From: a virus
Taxonomy: Duplodnaviria > Caudoviricetes
Virus record (IMG/VR): IMGVR_UViG_2899924645_000001
Location: 1 to 64,000 of that record
Length of the DNA: 64,000 nucleotides
Direction: 5' to 3' (one strand)
Under the pieces are notes generated by a model that saw only the letters and a program-made list of their open reading frames with translations, did not search any database and was not told the origin of the DNA. Both the position numbers and the translations under genes were made by a program. Shown piece after piece: positions 45,035-52,879 of the stretch (positions within the stretch are counted from its first letter, which is position 1; each line of letters opens with the position of its first letter).

Positions 45035-45376
45035 TTAGGCCGCGTGGGCCGGGGCTGGGGCGCGTGCGGGCAGCAGCTCGCACGAGGTGATGGCGGCGTG
45101 GATTTCGGGCGCGTGCGCGCCTGGCATCGAGCGCGGGTTCGCGAGCACCAGGCGCAGCGCATCGCCGGCCTTCAGGCTGCGATGCTTCGCGCGCCATGCA
45201 GCGGCCTCGGGGCCGACCCAGCGCACCACGTAGACCTCGACCGCACGAGGGCCTTGGTTGTCTACGACGCGCATCTTCAGGACGAAGGCGCCGGAGTCGT
45301 TCGTGTGCTCGCTGACGGCGGGTCGCGTGGCGTGGTCCTTGCCCACGAAGAAGAGCCCTGTCGTGGTCGTCGTCAT
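45035..45376 (-). CDS. Hypothetical protein, possible OB-fold
   Basis: beta-rich; coupled ORF. Confidence 0.5.
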   Translation of the reverse strand: MTTTTTGLFFVGKDHATRPAVSEHTNDSGAFVLKMRVVDNQGPRAVEVYVVRWVGPEAAAWRAKHRSLKAGDALRLVLANPRSMPGAHAPEIHAAITSCELLPARAPAPAHAA

Positions 45377-45543
45377 TGCTGCGCACCTCGCTGCATCTCG
45401 GCGCGGATGCGCTTGAAGGTCTTGCGGATGTCAGTGGCGACGGCCGGCGTGTATTGGAAGCGGTCATCGGCGAGGCCGCCGACCGGGCCGGTGCGCTGCG
45501 GCTGCTTGGGCCGGCGCGGGCGAGGGGAGGTAATCACGATCAT
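45373..45543 (-). CDS. Small hypothetical protein
   Basis: FQYTPAVATDIRKTF motif; ATGA coupling. Confidence 0.5.
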   Translation of the reverse strand: MIVITSPRPRRPKQPQRTGPVGGLADDRFQYTPAVATDIRKTFKRIRAEMQRGAQQ

Positions 45544-45662
45544 GGAGTGCTCCAGCCGTAGACGCACATCGCGGCGATCACGATGGGCAGGACGATGAAG
45601 ACCGCCAGCGCAGCAGCGGTCGCGAGGACGCCCGCAACGGGCGCGACTGGCGATGTCCTCAT
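45540..45662 (-). CDS. 40-aa hydrophobic peptide
   Basis: Below the ORF-track cutoff; single TM helix; stop overlaps the next start. Confidence 0.4.
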   Translation of the reverse strand: MRTSPVAPVAGVLATAAALAVFIVLPIVIAAMCVYGWSTP

Positions 45663-45711
45663 GAGGCCATTGCCGGTTTCGTGGAGAGAGGTCGAGCGCA
45701 TGGCCGGCCTT

Positions 45712-45984
45712 TCAGAAAGGGCAGGCCGCGAGTGCGCGGCCCGGGGTGGTGAGGGCGATTTCGAGCGCGATGTCGAACACCTCTTCGTCAGAGGCGCCGT
45801 GCCGGCTCGCGAGCAGGGCCGCGCTCATCGGATTGCGCTCGCAGTACGGCGAACCCGGGCGGTGCTCGTAGTGGTATCCGCCGCACCGGCACAGGCGATG
45901 GCCGGTCGCGCGCAGGTGCTGCGTGAACAGCCCATGGTCGCGGCGGCGCGTGCGGCACTCGGGACAGCGGAAGAGGAAGGCCAT
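45712..45984 (-). CDS. Cys/His-rich zinc-finger-like hypothetical protein
   Basis: CPEC..H..CRCGGYHYEHRPGSPYC. Confidence 0.55.
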   Translation of the reverse strand: MAFLFRCPECRTRRRDHGLFTQHLRATGHRLCRCGGYHYEHRPGSPYCERNPMSAALLASRHGASDEEVFDIALEIALTTPGRALAACPF

Positions 45985-46151
45985 CAGCTACGGCCCTCGC
46001 GGTTAAGGGGCGCTTGGCTAAGCCAGCCGCGAGCCCATGCAGAGCGGGCCCACCGCGGCCAGTTAAGGCGCATTGCCCGGCCGTAGATGAGAGGCAGGCC
46101 GCGCGAGTGTGCAGAGCGGCCTTGTGCCTCGAACCAGATGCGCGCCTTCAC
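45984..46151 (-). CDS. Small hypothetical protein
   Basis: GTG start overlapping the upstream stop. Confidence 0.45.
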   Translation of the reverse strand: MKARIWFEAQGRSAHSRGLPLIYGRAMRLNWPRWARSAWARGWLSQAPLNREGRS

Positions 46152-46432
46152 GATGCGGCCTCCGCGAGTTCGACGTGCGCCGCCCACCACTTGCCGACTT
46201 TGGCGGACCTATCGTTGAGCACCGAGACGCGAGCGCCATCAGCATCCCAGCTCGTAACCTGGCCCATGAACGAGCCACGGTAGTGGGTCACCCTCACGCG
46301 CGCGTCCTTCGGATACGCCTTCTGAAGCGCTGCCAGAAGATCGGCCTTCGCTTGCCTGACGCGCTCGTTTGCTTCCTCAACGTCGCGGCTGTAGTTGGCC
46401 GCACCCTGCGAGCCCAAGTCCCAGTAGCTCAT
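46148..46432 (-). CDS. Hypothetical protein
   Basis: ATGA-coupled chain. Confidence 0.55.
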   Translation of the reverse strand: MSYWDLGSQGAANYSRDVEEANERVRQAKADLLAALQKAYPKDARVRVTHYRGSFMGQVTSWDADGARVSVLNDRSAKVGKWWAAHVELAEAAS

Positions 46433-46623
46433 GCTGCGCTCCCGGTGGCCTTGGCGATGGCGGCGAGTGCGGCTCGGACAGCGCGAGCTTCACGGCGGCC
46501 CTCGGAGTCCTCGCTTGCCTTGACATCAGCGTAGGCACTCATCTCCGCATTGATGATGCTGAGTCCTTCGCGGACCAACTTCGAGGGCTTCGCCAGCGGC
46601 CCCGGCGTGTGCTGCGCGCTCAA
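46429..46623 (-). CDS. Small protein, QHTPGP N-terminus / KATGSAA C-terminus
   Basis: Member of a repeat-bounded ORF array. Confidence 0.55.
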   Translation of the reverse strand: MSAQHTPGPLAKPSKLVREGLSIINAEMSAYADVKASEDSEGRREARAVRAALAAIAKATGSAA

Positions 46624-46889
46624 GATGCAGCCTCCTGGGCCTTGGTGAGGGCGGCGTGCGCTTTACGCAGGGCCGACTCCAAAACGGGGTTGGTGCCAGT
46701 GGCGGGGAAGCTCGTCGCCGCGTACAGGCTCTGGAGCGCGTCGATCAGCTCTTTTCGCTCGGCCTTGCGGCGTGCCATGCCGCGCAGGATTGCGCTGTTT
46801 TCCACCGTGGCACGCCCGACCGTCATGCTGTGGCGGCCATCGACTTCAACGCCGACCGGCCCCGGCGTGTGCTGAGCGGCGGCGGTCAT
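46620..46889 (-). CDS. Small protein, QHTPGP N-terminus
   Basis: Member of a repeat-bounded ORF array. Confidence 0.55.
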   Translation of the reverse strand: MTAAAQHTPGPVGVEVDGRHSMTVGRATVENSAILRGMARRKAERKELIDALQSLYAATSFPATGTNPVLESALRKAHAALTKAQEAAS

Positions 46890-47071
46890 GCTGCGCTCCC
46901 GGTGGCCTTGGCTGCTTCGATCAACTCCCTTGCATTGCGATGTGGGAGCCAGTCTGGAGCCCAGGCATGGGCGCCGGAACGCCACGCGCGTTCGTACTCT
47001 CGGCACATGGCCTCTAGCGCCTCGACCAATTCAGCCTTGGTGGGTGCCTGTGTGTGCTGCGCGGCGCTCAT
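46886..47071 (-). CDS. Small protein, QHTQAP N-terminus / KATGSAA C-terminus
   Basis: Member of a repeat-bounded ORF array. Confidence 0.55.
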   Translation of the reverse strand: MSAAQHTQAPTKAELVEALEAMCREYERAWRSGAHAWAPDWLPHRNARELIEAAKATGSAA

Positions 47072-47268
47072 GCTGCGGCTCCTGCAGCGCGCAGGGCGTC
47101 GGTGCGCGCCCGCTCGAAGGCCTCGATTTCCTTCGACAGGGTGGGGTGTTCGGTTGCGATGAAGCCGACAACGTAGTGCCAGTTCGCATGCCCGGATTCC
47201 TTGGCGGACTGCATCGCGCGCACGAGGGCTTGCGCGGCGGATGTGCGGTGCGTGCGTGCTCGCGTCAT
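47068..47268 (-). CDS. Small hypothetical protein
   Basis: ATGA-coupled. Confidence 0.5.
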   Translation of the reverse strand: MTRARTHRTSAAQALVRAMQSAKESGHANWHYVVGFIATEHPTLSKEIEAFERARTDALRAAGAAA

Positions 47269-47615
47269 GCCGCACCTCGCGCCGAAAGGTTCATCGCGTC
47301 GATGTCGCTGTTGAGTGCGCGAGCGCGCTCGGCGAAATCGGCAGCCATCGGATGCGCCGGCGCTGCCTCTTCCTCGTAGCTCTCGACGGCCGCATCTGCG
47401 AGGCCGGGGAGGTCGATGCTTCCGGCCTTGAGGGCCTTCAGTGCCAGCGGCACGCCCATGGCCTGCCACGTCGTGACGCCGGCGAGCTTGCAGCGATAGA
47501 ACGCCTGGCGCCGGCGGCCGGTGGTGCGCATCCAGATTTCGACGCGCGCGGCGCGGGTGGCGACGAACGGCGACGGGCGGCCGGCGGTTGCGTGGTTGGT
47601 TTGTGCGCGGGCCAC
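47265..47615 (-). CDS. Hypothetical protein
   Basis: Second gene of the leftward early operon. Confidence 0.5.
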   Translation of the reverse strand: MARAQTNHATAGRPSPFVATRAARVEIWMRTTGRRRQAFYRCKLAGVTTWQAMGVPLALKALKAGSIDLPGLADAAVESYEEEAAPAHPMAADFAERARALNSDIDAMNLSARGAA

Positions 47616-47619
47616 GGCG

Positions 47620-47802
47620 TCAGCCCTCGATGCGCACGGTATCGAGCACCGGGCACCCGGTGATGCGGTGCGCGATGTCGGCGGCCTGCGTGGCGCTGGT
47701 GGCGTGGAATTGGACGAACGGCGCGGCGCCGGTGTCCGAGGGGTTCAGGTGCCCGTGGGCATCCCGAGGGGTGTAGTAGCAGCGATAGCGGCGAGTTGCC
47801 AT
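47620..47802 (-). CDS. Small hypothetical protein, first gene after the PL-like region
   Basis: GGAG RBS before ATG at 47802; YRCYYTPRD. Confidence 0.6.
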   Translation of the reverse strand: MATRRYRCYYTPRDAHGHLNPSDTGAAPFVQFHATSATQAADIAHRITGCPVLDTVRIEG

Positions 47803-47833
47803 GTCCGACTCCAAGTGGAAGACGGACAAATAG

Positions 47834-47899
47834 TAGCGATGCTGCTTTTAATGGTCAATAGCAATGCTGCTTCTGTTGCAAATTAAAGTAGCGTGGCTG
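47834..47899. promoter_or_regulatory. OL-like operator triplet
   Basis: TAGCGATGCTG 47834-47844, TAGCAATGCTG 47859-47869, TAGCGTGGCTG 47889-47899. Confidence 0.75.
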
Positions 47900-47902
47900 C
47901 TA

Positions 47903-48424
47903 TCAGGTGCCTGGAGCGCGACATCCGAGCCTGTCGCACTCGCCTTGGAGGCGGTCTACGATGCGGTCGGCGCCGGTCACTCGGTTTTGGCAGGTAGTCG
48001 CGGCGGCTTGCATTTCGGCCGCAATTGCTTGGTCGCGCGTGGCGCCTGCGAGATTGTTCTTGGAGGATGCCTGCCGGGCCTGGATCGTGCGCTGCTCTTG
48101 TTCGCAGCTGCTACGCATGCGGTCGGCGTCTAACTTGGCGTCGTTGAGCTTCACCCATCGTTCGCGCTGCATGCGCTCTTCGGTGAGCGTGTCTGTGAAC
48201 GACTTCTTTTCAGCGGTGCCGGTCGATGCGTTTCCGCCCGCGGTGCTTTGTGTTGGAGCTGGAGCATTGCCCGAGGCGGGGCGCACTTCGACTTTCGAGC
48301 CATTCGCGCCGGCGCAGGGCGTCTGCTGGAACTGAAGTTTGCCTGTGGCGTCCGGGCATTTGTAGACCTGCGCAGATGCTGAGGCCATTGCAACGACGAA
48401 AGGCAGGGTGGCGAGCAATTTCAA
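47903..48424 (-). CDS. DUF4124-like exported protein in the immunity region
   Basis: Signal peptide, AQVYKCPDATGKLQFQQTPC. Confidence 0.8.
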   Translation of the reverse strand: MKLLATLPFVVAMASASAQVYKCPDATGKLQFQQTPCAGANGSKVEVRPASGNAPAPTQSTAGGNASTGTAEKKSFTDTLTEERMQRERWVKLNDAKLDADRMRSSCEQEQRTIQARQASSKNNLAGATRDQAIAAEMQAAATTCQNRVTGADRIVDRLQGECDRLGCRAPGT

Positions 48425-48488
48425 GGGTCCCTCCTGTAGTGCCCATTGTTGTACTGCCGCTTTCTACCATGTGCCTCCGGTATGTGGA

Positions 48489-49250
48489 TTAGAGCTTTGC
48501 TCCCATCCAGACGGCTCGCCCGATGATCTCAACGTGCTGCGCATTGTTCATGGAGATGTCGGGATTTCCGTCGGGATTGTCCGAGCGGGCGACCCAGCCG
48601 TCCGGGGTTTGAATTAGCCGCTTGACGATGAGGTCGTCCCCGTAGGCCATCGCGAACACCGAACCATTTCGAGGCTCGCGGTTCCGCGTGTTGACCAATA
48701 GCACGGCCCCATTCACGATGGTTGGTTCCATGCTCGTCCCCGTGACATGGACGATCCTTGCCGACTCCTGGGTAGCCCCGCAGGAGGAGAGAAAGTCCCG
48801 CCTGAATTGCAGCGAGCCTTCGACTTCCTCGACGACAGCGGCGGCGCCTGGCCCGGCAGAGAGCCGCACGGTGAGTCGCTGAACCGGAACGAACTCCGAG
48901 TCGTCGTGTGTCGAAGGATGACTTGCGATGGCCTGTGCCGCGCCTGCAATCTGTGCGGCAATCGTTGGACTGAACTCCCCAATAGGGACGTTGAGGCCTC
49001 GCGCGAAATTGGTTGCCTGCTCAATGTTCAACGGCCGACGACCGTGCAGGTAGTGGCCTAAGTTGGCCTGCGAGCGCAGGCCGTACTTGGCCGCGAAGTC
49101 ATCCTGCTTTAGTCCGCCTGCCGCGCGGTACGCCTTGTAAAGCGCGAGCAGTCTCGCGGCGTCTTCACGCTGCCAGCCTTCGAGGGTGTTGGTGTCGTCT
49201 TTCGTCACCTCAAAAACTGTAGCGTCGCTATTAGTCTTGACAAACAGCAT
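48489..49250 (-). CDS. cI: CI-like repressor (HTH plus S24 autopeptidase); true start probably GTG at 49208
   Basis: QANLGHYLHGRRPL HTH; SAGPG Ala-Gly site; GTSMEPTI; IVKRL. Confidence 0.92.
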   Translation of the reverse strand: MLFVKTNSDATVFEVTKDDTNTLEGWQREDAARLLALYKAYRAAGGLKQDDFAAKYGLRSQANLGHYLHGRRPLNIEQATNFARGLNVPIGEFSPTIAAQIAGAAQAIASHPSTHDDSEFVPVQRLTVRLSAGPGAAAVVEEVEGSLQFRRDFLSSCGATQESARIVHVTGTSMEPTIVNGAVLLVNTRNREPRNGSVFAMAYGDDLIVKRLIQTPDGWVARSDNPDGNPDISMNNAQHVEIIGRAVWMGAKL

Positions 49251-49280
49251 TGCTATTGAAGTAACATAGCAGCAAAGCTA
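49220..49280. promoter_or_regulatory. OR-like operator triplet with TTGACA at 49237-49242
   Basis: TAGCGTCGCTA 49220-49230, CAGCATTGCTA 49245-49255, CAGCAAAGCTA 49270-49280 (25-nt period). Confidence 0.75.
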
Positions 49281-49290
49281 CTAATTCGAC

Positions 49291-49533
49291 ATGCACAACC
49301 TGAAATCCATCCGTGAACGGCTCTGCGTGACGCAGCAGGTGCTTGCAGAGGGCATTGGCTGCACGCAGGGGAACGTTGGTCACTATGAGCGCGGCCAAAC
49401 CTTGTTGCCTGAGGTCGCCGCGAAGCTGATCGCGTTCGCGGCTTCTCGGGGGCTTCGGATCGGCTATGACCACATCTACGGGGATGCGCCGCTGCCGCAA
49501 CTTGAGGCAGAGGTAGGAAGTGCCCATGCGTAG
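49291..49533 (+). CDS. cro: Cro-like HTH regulator
   Basis: IRERLCVTQQVLAEGIGCTQGNVGHYERG; divergent from cI. Confidence 0.85.
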   Translation: MHNLKSIRERLCVTQQVLAEGIGCTQGNVGHYERGQTLLPEVAAKLIAFAASRGLRIGYDHIYGDAPLPQLEAEVGSAHA

Positions 49534-49577
49534 GCGACGGCGGTTCGGCGTTGCCTCGATGCGTGCCGCTGTGCACG

Positions 49578-49874
49578 CTAGGAGAGCCATTCCGACGCTG
49601 ATGGAGCCACATCGACCGCCGGCGAAAACACGCGCCCGCAAAGCCAGTCCATCGCCGCACGCTCGCGGGACGACTGCAGACCGTGGGCGGTGGCGCACTT
49701 GTTGGTTAGCTCGATCCACGCTGCGATGTTCTCGCGCGTCAGTTCTGGCTCGACCTCCAGCAGCAATACGAGCTGCTGCAGGAAGTTTTCAACAGCTCCC
49801 ATTCGCTCTTCGAGCGTGGGCGCATGGGTTGTTGCGCTGGCGGCGCGATGGCCTGTTTCATCTGAGGTTTGCAT
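49578..49874 (-). CDS. Hypothetical protein antisense to the cro-cII direction
   Basis: Helical, protein-like composition; start shares CATG with cII. Confidence 0.4.
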   Translation of the reverse strand: MQTSDETGHRAASATTHAPTLEERMGAVENFLQQLVLLLEVEPELTRENIAAWIELTNKCATAHGLQSSRERAAMDWLCGRVFSPAVDVAPSASEWLS

Positions 49875-50403
49875 GGGAGTGACTGTCTCAATTCCCGATG
49901 GCATTGCCTATGGCGCAGACGAAGCCTTGCCCGCCAGAGTGCAGGGGCAGAGCGTTGCCGAGGTTGCCTACAACACGGTGTACGGCTTCGAGCCGGGTAT
50001 CGAAGTCCTTGCGAAGCGCATGAACATGAGCGCGAACACGCTCGCGCACAAGGTCAATCTGAAGAACAAGACGCATCACCTTTCGCTGCGCGAAGCCATT
50101 GAGCTGCAGCGCGCGACGGGCAACTTTGCGCTGCTGCATGCGATGGCGGACGAGCTGGGCCACACCGCCACGCTCGCCACGCCGCCGCAGGCCGAAGGCA
50201 ATCCCGTCGAGACCATCATGCGCATGCACTGCGAGTTCGCCGACTTCACGCGCGCGGTTGCAGACGCCGTAGGCGACGGCACGCGGTTCGTGACGGGCAA
50301 CGAGATGCGGCGTGCGGACTACCACGGGCAGGAAGCCGTCGCATCGGTGGGGCACACCCTCTCCATGCTGCGCTCGCGTGTGCGGAAGGCGCCGACGACG
50401 TGA
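49873..50403 (+). CDS. Phage regulatory CII-family protein
   Basis: LAKRMNMSANTLAHKVN..HHLSLREA..LLHAMADELGH. Confidence 0.8.
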   Translation: MGVTVSIPDGIAYGADEALPARVQGQSVAEVAYNTVYGFEPGIEVLAKRMNMSANTLAHKVNLKNKTHHLSLREAIELQRATGNFALLHAMADELGHTATLATPPQAEGNPVETIMRMHCEFADFTRAVADAVGDGTRFVTGNEMRRADYHGQEAVASVGHTLSMLRSRVRKAPTT

Positions 50404-50440
50404 GACATCGGTTTGCCAGACGGGGAGGGTGCGCGACCCC

Positions 50441-51385
50441 ATGAGCATCCGCCTGATGTCGATGATTTTCGAGCGCTACCCCGAGGGCGGTAGCGAAATG
50501 CTGCTCGCGCTCGCGATGGCCGACCATGCGAACGACGATGGCGCGCGCATCTGGCCCTCGCTCGATGAGTTGGCCCGCAAGACCCGGCAGAGCCGGCGCA
50601 CCGTGCAGCGGCAGATCGCAAAGATGCTGGCCTCGGGCTGGCTGGAGCAGGTTCGTACGGCCACGGGCCGTCCTGGCGCGACGAACGAATACCGCGTTTG
50701 CCCCGCCTGGGTTGCTGGCGCAGAGCTTCCAAAGACGGGTGTCAAAGTGACACCCGTCGAGGATTCGCCTGAACCGGGGACGGATGACACATTGACACCC
50801 CTCGCGCCGCATGAGGTTGTCCACACGGGTGACAAAGTGACACCCGTTGGCGAAGGGGAGAGGGGTGTCACCCGTGACGCGAGGGGTGTCACCGGTGACG
50901 CGAGGGGTGACACAGCTATGTCACCCGAATCTTCAGGAACCATCAAGAACCATACCCCCCTACCCCCCGATGGGGGGGCGGACGGGTTCGAAGCCCTTTG
51001 GGCGATCTACCCGAACCACGACAACCGGGCGAAGGCAGAGCGGCGATACCGCCGGCTCGCGCCGAGCACCGCGCTGCAGCAGGCCATGCGCTTGGCCATC
51101 GAGGCACAAAGGCTTGGCAAGAGGTGGACGAAGGACGGCGGCGAGTTCGTGCCCGAGTTCGCGACCTGGCTTCGCAATGAGCGTTGGCGCGATGAGCCGG
51201 CTACCGCTGGCGCGACGGGCCGAGGATGGGACGAGACACGCGCAGGCATCGATGCGAAGGCCCGCGAGCTAGGCATCCCCGCATGGGACGAGGCAGCGTT
51301 CTCGCTGGGCAGGGGGCCGAGCTACCCGGCATTCACGGAGCGCGTGCGACGCGCAGCAGAAGGAAGGGAGGCCGGATGCGCCTAA
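50441..51385 (+). CDS. Replication initiator (HTH_36-like)
   Basis: LLALAMADHANDDG..WPSLDELARKTRQSRRTVQRQI; FEALWAIYP; WLRNERW. Confidence 0.85.
   Translation: MSIRLMSMIFERYPEGGSEMLLALAMADHANDDGARIWPSLDELARKTRQSRRTVQRQIAKMLASGWLEQVRTATGRPGATNEYRVCPAWVAGAELPKTGVKVTPVEDSPEPGTDDTLTPLAPHEVVHTGDKVTPVGEGERGVTRDARGVTGDARGDTAMSPESSGTIKNHTPLPPDGGADGFEALWAIYPNHDNRAKAERRYRRLAPSTALQQAMRLAIEAQRLGKRWTKDGGEFVPEFATWLRNERWRDEPATAGATGRGWDETRAGIDAKARELGIPAWDEAAFSLGRGPSYPAFTERVRRAAEGREAGCA
50735..50927. repeat. Iteron-like origin repeats inside the rep gene
   Basis: ACGGGTGTCAAAGTGACACCCGT 50735-50757, near copy 50825-50847, 21-bp tandem AGGGGTGTCACC(C/G)GTGACGCG 50861-50902. Confidence 0.8.
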
Positions 51386-52158
51386 CGATGACATTCGATA
51401 GCGGCCTCGCCAGCGTGCAGCGTCAGCTCGCCAAGCTGTCCAGTCATCAGGCTAAGCAGGCATACGCCGAGGGCTTGAACGACGGCGGCTTTCGCGTGCG
51501 GCGCGAGTGGCAGCGCGAGATGAGCGACCAGTTCGACCGGCCCACCGCCTACATCCTCAAGAGCGTGTACGTGCGCAAGGCCACACCCGACCGCTTGAGC
51601 GTGGACATCGAGCCGACATACTTCGGCGGCAAGGGCGTGGACCCGCAAAAGATTCTGCAGGCGCAGGAGTTCGGCGGACCACGGCGCGACAAGCGCAGCG
51701 AACTGGCCCTGCGCCGCATCGGCATCCTCCCGGCCGGGTATCAGACGGCCATGCCCGCCACGCCTTTCCCGGGCAGCGATGACGGGCGGGGCAATGTGCG
51801 CGGCAGCTTTCTCGTGCGGTTGCTGTCGTACTTCCAGGCGCTGGGCGAGCAGGGCTATCGGGCCAACATGACGGACAGGAGCAAGGCCCGTCTGCACAAG
51901 GGGACGAAAGGCCGAGAGGGCGTCCGCTTCTTCGTTGCGTACGGTCGCCTTCGGGGTGGTCCCACGCGGCATCTTGCGCCTGGCATCTGGGCTGCGACGG
52001 GTACGCAGGGCGTCATCGTGCGGCCGGTGCTCATGTTCGTACGCAACGCAACGTACGAGGCGCGCATTAGCCGCGAGCGCGTAGCAGAGCGTGCCGACCT
52101 GCAGCCGTACATCGAGCGGCGCATCCGCTTCCGCATCCGGCAGATGGTGGGCGAATGA
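51376..52158 (+). CDS. Phage protein, gpZ-like/tail-completion-like
   Basis: Basic protein (QFDRPT..V..RKAT); precedes the packaging site. Confidence 0.5.
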   Translation: MRLTMTFDSGLASVQRQLAKLSSHQAKQAYAEGLNDGGFRVRREWQREMSDQFDRPTAYILKSVYVRKATPDRLSVDIEPTYFGGKGVDPQKILQAQEFGGPRRDKRSELALRRIGILPAGYQTAMPATPFPGSDDGRGNVRGSFLVRLLSYFQALGEQGYRANMTDRSKARLHKGTKGREGVRFFVAYGRLRGGPTRHLAPGIWAATGTQGVIVRPVLMFVRNATYEARISRERVAERADLQPYIERRIRFRIRQMVGE

Positions 52159-52235
52159 GGGGAGGCCACGTCATGTCGCCCCGTCGCGCGCACCCTCGCC
52201 CCCGCACCATCGTGGGGCGCCTTGGGGCGCCGGCC

Positions 52236-52275
52236 GGGTCCTTCTGGGAGGTGCGCGATACGGGTAATTCGAACC
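52236..52275 (+). other. Candidate lambda-type cos region (cosQ-like GGGTCCT at 52236-52242)
   Basis: GGGTCCT identical to lambda cosQ, followed by TACGGG, upstream of the small terminase. Confidence 0.55.
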
Positions 52276-52315
52276 GCGTCCTCGGACTGTTCCGCGGCCT
52301 CGCTAAGGGGGTTAA

Positions 52316-52879
52316 GTGAAGGTAGTTGAAGCATTGGGAGGCCCGATCACGCAAGCGGAGTTCGCCGCGCTGATCGGCGTCAGCGAGGCGAAGGTTAGTC
52401 AGCTCGCCAGCGAGGGCGTCATCGTCCGTGGCGTACCGGGGCACACATGGTTGCTCGCCTACTGCGAGCGGCTGCGTGAAGTCGCGGCCGGCCGTGCGTC
52501 CTCGGATGGCGGCGGCCTTGACCTCGTGCAGGAGCGCGCGGCGCTTGCGCGCAGTCAGCGCGAGGCGCAGGACATCAAGAACGCAGTGGCCCGTCGTGAA
52601 TTCGCGCCCATCGGCCTTCTCGCCGACGTGCTCGGCAAAGCGTCGAGCGCGGTAGTGGATCGCTTCGAGCAGTTGGAAGGGGCGATGCGCAAGACATGTC
52701 CGGACCTCCCCGATGAAGCCTTGGCGACGGTGCAAAAGATCATTGCCAGCGCACGCAACGAATGGATTCGCTCAACGGCGAAGCTCGTCAGCGACGACCT
52801 CGATGCCTTGGAGCAGTCGCCCGACGATGGCGAAGACGACGACGCATCGACGTTCGGCGCCGAGGGTGCGGAGGTCTGA
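52316..52879 (+). CDS. Terminase small subunit (Nu1-like)
   Basis: wHTH TQAEFAALIGVSEAKVSQL; coiled coil LVQERAAL. Confidence 0.8.
   Translation: MKVVEALGGPITQAEFAALIGVSEAKVSQLASEGVIVRGVPGHTWLLAYCERLREVAAGRASSDGGGLDLVQERAALARSQREAQDIKNAVARREFAPIGLLADVLGKASSAVVDRFEQLEGAMRKTCPDLPDEALATVQKIIASARNEWIRSTAKLVSDDLDALEQSPDDGEDDDASTFGAEGAEV

Larger units (their letters stand above)
46429..46912. repeat. 27-bp exact direct repeat at gene junctions plus 18-bp repeat
   Basis: TCATGCTGCGCTCCCGGTGGCCTTGGC at 46429-46455 and 46886-46912; CGGCCCCGGCGTGTGCTG at 46597-46614 and 46857-46874. Confidence 0.85.
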
